DNA of 63,762 nucleotides, the filler included, from Chrysochromulina tobinii (taxonomy: Eukaryota), in NCBI GenBank assembly GCA_001275005.1. It is 10 parts of 10 records of this genome, joined end to end, with 100 filler letters (N's around TTAATTAATTAA, not from the genome) between each part and the next. Parts side by side here need not be neighbours in the genome. Positions count along the whole stretch, not along the records: positions 54,956 to 57,208 come from JWZX01000591.1; positions 57,309 to 59,989 come from JWZX01000593.1; positions 60,090 to 62,135 come from JWZX01000595.1; positions 62,236 to 63,762 come from JWZX01000653.1; 6 more parts are not named here. One strand, 5' to 3'. The notes under the pieces were generated by a model that did not search any database, was not told where the DNA came from, and saw only the letters and a program-made list of their open reading frames with translations. The translations under genes were made by a program, and so were the position numbers. The first letter of the stretch is position 1; each line of letters starts with the position of its first letter. Below are positions 54,856-63,762 of this stretch, one piece after another.

Positions 54856-54955
54856 NNNNNNNNNNNNNNNNNNNNNNNNNNNNNNNNNNNNNNNNNNNNT
54901 TAATTAATTAANNNNNNNNNNNNNNNNNNNNNNNNNNNNNNNNNNNNNNNNNNNN

Positions 54956-55900
54956 GATTTCGAGCGGCGGTTGGTGGAAGTCGGCCACCACACAGCACGG
55001 CCCGTGATCGAGAGTGCAGTCCCAGACGCGGCCGCGCGCCCACGCTTGGAATTCGGATTGGCCTATGGCGATAGGACCCGGGCGGTCCCGTACCACGGAG
55101 CCAGGGGGCACGCCGCGGGCTAGCTCGCTGCGGATATGGGCGAGATCCCGGAGTTGATGGTCGAGCCAGCCCCGGAGACGCGCAGCGCCCGCCGGGGTGA
55201 GCAGCTCGAGGGCGTCCTTAGGGCAGGCTGGCGCCTCGAGAGGGGCGCTCGGCTGCTCGGGCGGGAGTGGGTACCAGGCGGTGACAAGGGGGCGCAGGAC
55301 CGGGCTGAGCAAGACGTCGTCCAGGCGGGCGTCCGTAAAATCGGGCAGGGCCTCGAGCAGGTACGCAGGGATCTCACCAATCGCCAGGGGCGTGATGCGA
55401 TCAATCCAGCCCTCTAATAGCGGGTCGTCACCCTCGAGCTCCAGGGCACGACGTAGAGCCGCATCCGCAAGGGTAGCGGAATGCAAGGCGCGAGCTGCTG
55501 CGCCCGCACGAGGGTGGTCGGGATCGGGGCGCTGCTGAAGACTCCGGAGTTTGGTGACGCCGAACGAGAATTCCACTGCCGCTGAGGATGAGATGTCCAG
55601 GGGTTTCGTATGCGGAGACTGAAACATGCGACAGGAGAGAGCGGCACGCGCGGCAGGGTCGCCCAATGGTACGTCCGCCAGCGCGGCGAGTGCGCACCAA
55701 ACGAAGTTCGCTCCGGCTGAGAAGGCTCGGGCCCGAGCGGCCGGCGAGCGCACAATGGCCGTGGGAGGCGGGGCAAAGTCGACCGGGACCGCAAAGAGCA
55801 TAGCGCCCGAGGCATATTGCCCGATCATGAACGGTAAGTAGAGGGTCGAGGAGACGATACGGCCGAGTGCCAGGCTGGAAGCGCTCGAGGCTATTGGGTG
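54956..55900 (-). CDS. Partial ORF downstream of and overlapping the methyltransferase ORF in another frame; probably a mobile-element polyprotein
   Basis: Frame open from about 55900 to the gap; intronless; WARGRVWDC...CCVVADF. No diagnostic domain in view. Confidence 0.45.
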
Positions 55901-56772
55901 CTAGGTCGCCAGAGCCATCGTCCCCTCCGCAGTCGCCGTAGGGGGCGTGAAGGGGCTCAACCAGTGGCGGGCGCCGGCGGTCACCTGGGCCGCGGACTTC
56001 TTGATAGTTTCGCCATTCTGGGCTAGTCGGTTGCGCGTCTGGGTTGAGGTAATCAGCGGGCACTGGGTGTCCGCTGCCGTACCAGTTGGCAGCAAAGCGG
56101 CGGATGAGAGCGACGTAATCAGGCGCCTTGGCGCTGTCCACGCTGGTTAAGTTAGCTAGGGCTTGGCAGGTTTTCACGTGGGGCGCCCAAGAGCTACGCG
56201 CGCGGTCGCGTGCGTCGGGGTTTGGGTACTCGAGATGGCTCAAGCGTTGCGCTTGACGGCACTCGGGATGCGTAGTCGGCGGCAACTGTGCGTTTCGAAC
56301 TGCGAGGCGTATGAACTTGTCGTGTTGCCCTGGATCCCCGTATTGGCTTGTGCGAAATTCGCAGAGCGAGGCGAATTCGGTAACGTCGACATAGTCGTAC
56401 ACGAGTGTGTCTGGCTGCTCCACGACGACAACATCGGCGTTTGGGCACGCGAGGCACCAGAGTACCATGGCCGCTGCCCAGAAGGCACGGCAGTCATCGA
56501 TTTTGAACGGCAGGCACTGTTCGTCGCCCCGCAAGTGTTGAAAACAGTTGGGGAAGAAGTAAGCACGCTCCCAGTGGCGGAGGCCGACGATGTCTCGCAC
56601 GTCACCGCGGTAGTGAGGGAAGCAGTGAAGCGCAGGCCGAAGATCGCAAGAGATAGTGCTAAACCCTGCGGTCTGGAGGGCGCCAACTAGCGCACCGGAG
56701 AATTCGCACGCTACGAGAACGGTGGGTGCGTCAGCACCACAGAGAAGGATCAGCCTCAGCTTTGGGGACATC
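55900..56772 (-). CDS. Phage/bacterial-type C5 DNA cytosine methyltransferase-like domain (within ORF 55428-56924)
   Basis: VLVACEFSG, SCDLRP, HYRGDVRDI, YFFPNC (motif IV-like), VVEQP (motif VI-like), SQYGD...K (motif VIII region). Confidence 0.75.
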
Positions 56773-56847
56773 AACGACGACTTAGCTGTCGACGCGAACC
56801 TATCGCAGCTCCTGAGGACGCTACCTACTGCAACAAGAAATCCTCTT

Positions 56848-57208
56848 ATGGCCACCAACCTGCGCGAGCTGCAATCTCCGCTCAAAACGCTCGCAGGCAC
56901 TCTGAGCATGAACAGCAAATTCATAGTCGACTGTGGCGGTCAGGGCCAATGCGGCCCCAACACTCTCGGCTACCTGCTCGGTTTGGTGGGTAGTGCTACG
57001 GTCGACGGCCCTCAACTTCGCCAGGCCGTGGTCCAGCATGCCCTTGCACCTGCCCATCGGTCTCGATGCACGCGGTTTCGTGACAACCAAGATCGTTTCT
57101 ACACGCTCGAAGGCCTCATACTTCGATGTCTTGCGGACGACCTCGGCCACTCTCCCGGCGCTCTGATGCACACCGTCGAGGCCTGGTGCCACAACATTGC
57201 CAAACCCG
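56848..57208 (+). CDS. OTU-like cysteine protease fragment (3'-partial), divergent from and overlapping the methyltransferase ORF
   Basis: IVDCGGQGQCGPNTLGYLL...LRQAVVQH...VEAWCHNIAKP follows the OTU Cys-box and helix pattern. Confidence 0.55.
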
Positions 57209-57308
57209 NNNNNNNNNNNNNNNNNNNNNNNNNNNNNNNNNNNNNNNNNNNNTTAATTAATTAANNNNNNNNNNNNNNNNNNNNNNNNNNNNNNNNNNNN
57301 NNNNNNNN

Positions 57309-58483
57309 TCACTCGACGCCGCCGTCGTCACGCGACGGCGGCGTCGAATGACTTCTTTTGCGTTCCCTTCGGGGGGGCGCGCCATCGGGCGCGTCTCTAC
57401 ACCTCCGAGCTCCGACGCCCTCTGCGACGACGGCGGCCAGGCGCCGAGTACGCAGACTGCACCTACGGCTCCGACTGCGCGGACTGCGGCCCGAGCGTGC
57501 CGCGGCCGCCGCCCCCGATGGCAAAGACTGCATCGGAATAGCCTCGCACGCCTCCGACGCCGATTGCGACGACGGCGGCCCCGGCTCGGAGTTCCAACAG
57601 GCTGATTGCCCCTACGGCTCCGACTGCCAACGCATGCCGCGCTTCCACCCCCGCGCCGCCCGGCGCGCGCGCGTCGCATTGGCCGCCGCCTTCAGCATTG
57701 TAGGATGTTAATTGTTAGCTATTATGTCGTGACCTCATGTGAATTATCCACAGGACGCGACTCGCGCCAGTACCCATACGGTACTCACAGTACTTAACAA
57801 GTACTCTTCATCGCTGGACGCTGCTCTCATCACTGCTCTCAACAGGGGGCCAGGGGTCATCACTGCCCGCTCGTCCGGTCCGGGCGGCGCGGCAGCAGGG
57901 GGGGGGCGGCGGTGCGGCGGCGGCGTGGCAGTGCACGTGGAGGCCACCGCTGCCACGGCCCGAGACGGCGCGCTGTATGGGGCGGCGGTGACGGCCCCGG
58001 CGGCAACAGCGGTGGCGGCGGTAGCAGCGGTGGCGGTGGCGGCTGTGGCGGCAGGGCGTAGGCGGGGAGGGAGGCGGTGGTCTGCGCGGCGGCGGTCGGG
58101 GCGGCAAAGCAGCAGAGGGGGCGCCGGGGTGAACGGCGAGGGCGGCGCCGGAAGGGGCGGCGCCGGAAGGGGCGGCGTGAACATGGCTCGGGCGGCGAGG
58201 GCAGCTGCCGGTGCTGCCGCCGCGGCGGCCGTCGCTGCCGCTGCTGCTGCCTCTGCGGCTGCCGCTGCCGCTGCTGCTGCTGCTGCTACCGCCGCTGCTG
58301 CTGCCGCTGCCGCTGCCAGTGCGGCTCCCGCTGCTGCCACCGCTCTGCTGCTGCTACTGCTGCGGTAGTGCTACTGCTGCGGTCTGCACTGCCGGCAGAC
58401 GCGCCCGATGGCGCGCGCCCCGAAGGGAACGCAAAAGAAGCCATTCGACGCCGCCGTCGCGTGACGACGGCGGCGTCGAGTGA
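57309..58483. mobile_element. Inverted-repeat-bounded element (arms of at least 87 bp at 57309-57396 and 58397-58483) containing scrambled gene fragments
   Basis: Arms are near-perfect reverse complements and each holds an internal hairpin. The interior has frameshifted CDDGG...CxYGSDC repeats, Pro-rich sequence and a GCT repeat. Confidence 0.6.
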
Positions 58484-59193
58484 CGACAGTGCGTGGCACA
58501 CAGCGGCGGCTCTCTCATGTATCTCCGTCATCCATGGTGTGCTCCACCGCTCGCACAGACTTTCCCCGCAGCTAGCGCAGCACGTGGTGGAGCGCGGCGC
58601 ACTGACGCACTCGCACGACTCGGAGCGCTCGTCGCTCTGCGCGCTCTGCTCGCTTCGCTCTGCTCGCTCCCACGATTTCGCTCTCCTCGCTTCACGAACT
58701 CGGGCACCGCTCATGGGAGGTCAGCATCATCCAAAAGAGTGTCCAGCGCAGCCGCAACCGGCTGGGCTCGCCGCGCATCGACCTCAGAGCCCGTACGAGA
58801 GCGGCGTGTCGCGTCATCGCGAAGTGGCTCGAGCGCTGCGACAAAAGATACAAAAAAACACAAAGAATCGAGGACCCCTACCCCCCCCTCCCCCCACCCG
58901 CTCAATGTCAAAAATTTCGACTGTATTGAGCAATTGCGTATTTTGTCGGGTTCCCCACTAGAGAGGGTCAGGGCGCTTGTGCTCGCGTCGAATCCAGCCC
59001 CTCCTTGCTCTTTGTCATGGGGCCCCCACACGCCGCAACCGGGCCGACTTCTCTGTGGGAAATGGTGAGGAGTTCTTCAATAGCGTCGAAAGCTCGAAAT
59101 CCGCATTCCAGCCGCACTGAGGAACGGCTCCATTCATTGCCGACCAAACGCTCTGGCGGAGCAATCGGCGGAGCCATTGTACAGAGCTCGGAA

Positions 59194-59989
59194 ATGGCCG
59201 CTCATGTGCTGATCGCTTCAGCGGAGGAGCAGTCGGCAATCGCGAGAATCCTCGCACATGCCCGCAGTGCCGGTCTAGATATTAGCAAAGCTGTGCCCAC
59301 CTGGCTGGCCAACCTCGACCTCCCGGCACCCATGGCCACGGCACTGAGGGCGGTGGCCGTTGGCATCAGCGATAGCACTGCGGAAGACGTAGTGCTATCT
59401 GGCTGCTGTCTGGCCGTCGCCCTCGGTGGCAGCTCCGACTGCATCGGCGCGCTCGCGCTCGCCAGGGCGCTTGGCTACGAGGACATCGTGCTCGTGATGC
59501 CCAGTAGCGGCAATTCAGGAGGAAGCCAAGTGGTGTGCGAGCCGGTAATTGCGGCGGAGGCTCCGGCGTTGCCTCCGGGCGGCGATTTCTATTCCAACGA
59601 CACCATGCTCGCCTACCTCCTCTCGCTGCCGATCGGTCTCCGGCCGATGGTCGCAAAGTTCCTGGTCCAGCCCAAGGACGACGGCGACCCTCGCACAGGC
59701 GGCTTCTCGCTCGCATCGCTCAATGCGACCACAGACACCCTGCTCGCGCTCGCACGCGCACATCAGTGCACGGCCATTGTCGGGCTCGACTTTGGCGGCG
59801 ATGTGGTCCTGCCTGATCCACGCCGCGCCTCCGGCGTGAGCTCAGGGCCCTTCATCAAACGGCGTGACACCCTCAATCTCCACGCTCTCGCGGCGGTGGC
59901 ACGAAAGCTCGGGGTGCCCGCGACGCTCGTCGTCTCAGCGCCAGGCGTGGATGCCGCTGCGGTTGCGCCCGAGTACGCACGGCGTCTGG
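59194..59989 (+). CDS. DUF1152-like protein, 3'-partial
   Basis: ALGGSSDCIGALALARALG, IVGLDFGGDV, APGVD. Confidence 0.6.
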
Positions 59990-60089
59990 NNNNNNNNNNN
60001 NNNNNNNNNNNNNNNNNNNNNNNNNNNNNNNNNTTAATTAATTAANNNNNNNNNNNNNNNNNNNNNNNNNNNNNNNNNNNNNNNNNNNN

Positions 60090-61893
60090 CCTCGTTCAGG
60101 ACGATGTACGTCGGCGCGTCAGGGCCGCGCAGAAGCGGGTCGAGCACGTCGTAGCGCGAGGCGGCGGTGGCTTGCTGTCCATCCGGTCCGCCCTCGCTGT
60201 CGCCGCTCCACCAGCCAGCCGCGTTCCATAGAAGAAGGGATTCGACCCGAAGAATGGGTACGGGCGTCGGAGGTATCATGGCAGAGACGAGGGCGGCGGT
60301 CCCCGTCGCACGGGCGAGGGGCGCGTGTACGGGCGCCGATCCAAGAGAGGCGGCGGCGATGACGGAGCGAAGAGTCGAGGCGCGCTGAGCGGGTGCGCCC
60401 TGTGGCAGTGGGGTGAGGGCGGCTCGGAGGATGGGCGGTGCGATCGTCTGATTGCCGTCGTCATCCGGCGGGACGGGCTGATCGTCGTCTGGATCGGCGG
60501 CACGCTCGAAGGAGATTGCGGCAAGGACTTCCTCCTCGTCCTCCCACGTGCAGTGAGAGGAGTAGTGCGCCGCACCAGGCGGCTGGCGGAGAAGAGCACG
60601 AGCGGTCGCGGGGGTCGTTGAGCTGCAGCCCTCTGGCGATGAGGGTCGATCGGCAAGGGAGGCAGGATCAGCGGCGGAGATGGCGTCGGATCGGGCAGCG
60701 ACGGCCGCGGCGGCGGCGATGAGGGCGGCGGCAGCAGCGGATGCGGCGTGAGCGGCGGCGGAAGCAGCGGTGGCAGCTACGAGCACCGCGTGGGCCGCCG
60801 ATGACGTGGCATCATGTGCAGTGATGCCGGAGGCGGCGGTGGTGAGAGCGATGGCGACCGAGGCAAGGGTGGCGGACGCGGTGTTGACGAGGGCGGCCAC
60901 GGCGAGCGTGGCGACGGTCTCGTCGGCCGAGTGATCCCCCGCCATAGGGGAGGTCCCGCTGACTGTGGGAATCGTGGCGGCGCGGGCGAGGGTGATATGG
61001 GCGGGTGCGAGCGGGAGGGTACCCTGCTCGAGGCGCCAGTAGAACCTCGCGCTCGCAGACAGTGCCCTGCCGGCCAGCGCCCTCCGTAGACAGGCGAGGA
61101 CGCCGCCGACAGTGCCGTGCATGAGAACGTGGCCCGGCCCTGCGGAGTGGCCTTGCCACGGTCCAGGGTAGTCGGGTACGCCCTCCTCGAGGTGAAGCTG
61201 GCTGGCGTACATCCCATGCGCGCATCGCGCGCCCGGGAAGGGCGGCAGTGCCACGCGAAGTCGAAGCACCGCGCGATCGGTGGTGATGCGCGCCTCGAGG
61301 GCGGACTCGAGAGCCGAGGCGAGTGCCCAGCGGGCTACCGATGACCCGTCGCCGTTGGCAGCGAGTTCGTCGATCCAGACTTCGGAGGGGATCGCGAGAA
61401 TCTTGGCGACGGCGACGCTCGGCACGTCAGGGGGACCTCGCACAACCGTCCAGCCGACGTGGTAGCCCTGGAACAGTGTGTCCTCGGTGAGGCTGCGCCA
61501 GTGACGCCGGAGGGTCGATTTAGGCGCCGTGGCATGTTCCGGAATGCGCCGGAGCGCCTCCAGCGCCACCCTATCCCCCTCGGTGTCAAGTGCGCCCGTG
61601 AGTGGCGTCAGCCGCGTCAAGTGGCCGTCGTCTCCAGGGCCACCTCCTCGGCACCTAAGGGAAGTTCTAGGGACCCCAGTGTACTCGTGACGTAGAGGTG
61701 GAGCGGTGGTGGCGCGGGGGGCGGCGGCGGATGCAGCGACAGGGGAGGTGGCAACAGCGGGGGCGGTGGAGGCGATGGCGGTGGCGGCGGCGGCAAGGGC
61801 GGTGGCGAGGGCGGCGAGGTCGTGGTCGAGGGCGGCGTGTAGTTCCACGTGGTCCAAGTAGGTAGTATCCATAGAATGTCCAACAATCGACAA
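60090..61893 (-). mobile_element. 5' part of a non-LTR (LINE-like) ORF: LRCRGG motif, GNAT-like domain and start of an APE endonuclease (truncated by the gap)
   Basis: ORF ends LLLWNAAG...PTYIVLNE, matching APE motifs I/II (WNxxG, xLxE). EVWIDEL...LRLRV...A..HGMY resembles GNAT. Confidence 0.55.
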
Positions 61894-62236
61894 AGAGCCC
61901 CCCGCCGGGCTGGGGCTGTTCAGCCCCGGCGGGGCATGTTGGTTAGCACCGCGTTTCGTCGCGGGAGAAAAGGGGTTTTCGGTGACGAGGGCGGTGGCAG
62001 GGCGAAAAAAGGCGTTTTTGGTGACGAGGGCGGTGGCGAGGAGAACACCGGATGTGACAGCAGAGGCGAGGGGAGTGGCGAGGGTGGTATCGAGGGAGGT
62101 GGCGGCGAAAGGGGCGGCGGCGAGGGGGGCAGCAGNNNNNNNNNNNNNNNNNNNNNNNNNNNNNNNNNNNNNNNNNNNNTTAATTAATTAANNNNNNNNN
62201 NNNNNNNNNNNNNNNNNNNNNNNNNNNNNNNNNNNC

Positions 62237-63762
62237 CAACGCGATGGTACGGACTTGATGCCGGCGTGGGACGACTTCCTCCTCAAGATCGCGGTGCGGC
62301 TGCGCAACGCGACGGGCGAGATCAAGAAGAACGTCGCCCCCGAGGCCAGTTCGCTCGACTACCGCGGCGCCGTGACAGGCAAAGGCGGAGGCAAGGGCGG
62401 CAAGGGCGGCAAGGGCGGCAAGGGCGCGGACAGCGGCAAAGGCGGCAAAGGCAAGGGCGCAAGCAAAGGCGCAGGCAAAGGCGCCGGTAAGGGCGCACAA
62501 GGCACGCGGCCGCCGTGGGGCTGCTTCGTGTGCGGCAACACCGAGAAGGGCACCCGCGACTGCCCCTGCGGGCCGTGCACCAACTGCCTGCGGCGCGACT
62601 GCCCGGGGGCACCGGGCGCGGCAGCGGTCACCAAGCTCAAGTGCGTGTTCCTGCTGCCCAAGTACCCGCCGAACTCGGAGGTGCGTCAGGCCAGAGGGCC
62701 ACTCGGCCGCAAGATGTACGAAGACCTCGGCCACGTGTACGCCAAGTACTTCGACGTCCCTTACGAAGTGAGCGAACTCGAGACGGTCCCGGAGGCAGAC
62801 GAGAACAAGAGCTGGAACGCCGAGGGCGAGGCATCCGTGCTCGAGCTCGAGCAGAGTGCGACCGAGCGCGACGTAGCCAACATCGTCGAAGGCCACGCGG
62901 ACCTTCTGGCGATGCGCGACCAGATGTTCATCGACGACGCGAACACGCCGTGCCTCGGCGGCTACGAGACGATCCACTTCGACAGCGGCGCCAACTGCAT
63001 CCTGCTCAAGTCGGACGCGATGCTCGCGGCCTCCAAGCAGCTCGACAGCTCCAAGGGCGCCCTTGGCACCGCCTCCCAGTCGGGCAAGCTGACGCACGAG
63101 GGCACCGCCAACGTCACGATGTACGTCAAGGGCGGCGCCAACGAGCACAGCCCCATCGAGCTCGAGGGCTACCGCGCGCCGAAGGCGAAGCGCAACGTGG
63201 TGCCGCCGCAAGCGCTCGAGGCGCTCGGCGCGACGATCGGGCTTCACCGCACGAAGTACGACGACGCCACGTGGGACATCACGTTCCCGAACGGCCACTC
63301 CTGGCTGGCGCTCAAGTACAACGGGTTGTATTTCGGTTTCGTCAAGCTCGACGCCCAGGAGAACGCAGAGGCCAGCGCGACCGAGGCCGAGGAGCTCGAG
63401 GCGACGATGAAGCGAGGCGACGTACCTCCTCACGTGTGGGCGTCACGCCTCGTGACCGGTGTCGACGGTCTACTCGCGACGCAGAAGGCGGTGCTCAACA
63501 TGAAGATGAGCAGCATGACGCCGAAGGCGATGCGCACCATCGAGATGGACCGGCACCGCCGAGGCAGCGTCGCGAAACGCGTTCCAACGAACGCCAAGCG
63601 CGACGTCACGACGCGCACCTTCATCCCGGGCAAGGTCTTTGTGCTCGATGCGGCGACCTACCCAGCGAAGGACATCGTCAAGCAGATCCCGGACCGCCGG
63701 GGCGCGGCGCCTCCCACGTGCATGATGCACGCCTGGGACGACAGCCCCTCCGACTTCGGCTG
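62237..63762 (+). mobile_element. Second Ty1/Copia gag-pol fragment (open at both ends; absent from the supplied ORF track)
   Basis: My translation of the frame starting at 62237 has no stops: GKGG repeats, CFVCGNTEKGTRDCPCGPCTNC, protease HFDSGANC (about 62975-62998), NGLY, VWASRL, and integrase start PGKVFVLD. Confidence 0.8.

Noticed and set aside
57744..58368. Poly-Ala proteins on both strands
   Set aside because: They arise from GCT/GCC triplet repeats inside the inverted-repeat element.
62180..63433. 417-aa minus-strand ORF in the track
   Set aside because: It is the antisense shadow of the plus-strand Copia frame, which carries the recognisable motifs.

Overview
This window is not contiguous DNA. 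It is ten eukaryotic contigs (1-3161, 3262-18018, 18119-26271, 26372-35554, 35655-44522, 44623-54855, 54956-57208, 57309-59989, 60090-62135, 62236-63762) joined by artificial 100-nt N44-TTAATTAATTAA-N44 linkers. The DNA is GC-rich with spliceosomal introns and repeat-filled intron bodies, which suggests a haptophyte-like alga (inference). Recognisable host genes are RMI1, EEF1AKMT1-like methyltransferase, GT77-like and GT61 glycosyltransferases, a JmjC protein, an MRH plus gamma-glutamyl hydrolase fusion, an EF-hand protein, an ankyrin kinase, an LPA1/2-phosphoglycerate-kinase-like protein, an acyl-CoA thioesterase and DUF1152. Two genes look defence-related: a giant SF1 helicase-TM-SAM-HET-like protein and an ILEI plus ADP-ribosyltransferase fusion. 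Mobile DNA is abundant. It includes a full-length Ty1/Copia element whose LTRs end CG...CG instead of TG...CA and whose polyprotein carries transmembrane helices, a second Copia fragment lacking the integrase HHCC motif, a LINE-like fragment with a GNAT-like domain, an element fragment with a phage-type cytosine methyltransferase and an antisense OTU domain, and an OTU-MLLE ORF. The most striking unexplained pattern recurs across unrelated genes: introns begin with a GT-starting copy of the downstream exon and end in one of a few shared short branch-point/acceptor cassettes, which suggests an active intron-generating system. All domain calls are motif recognition by eye; no searches were run.
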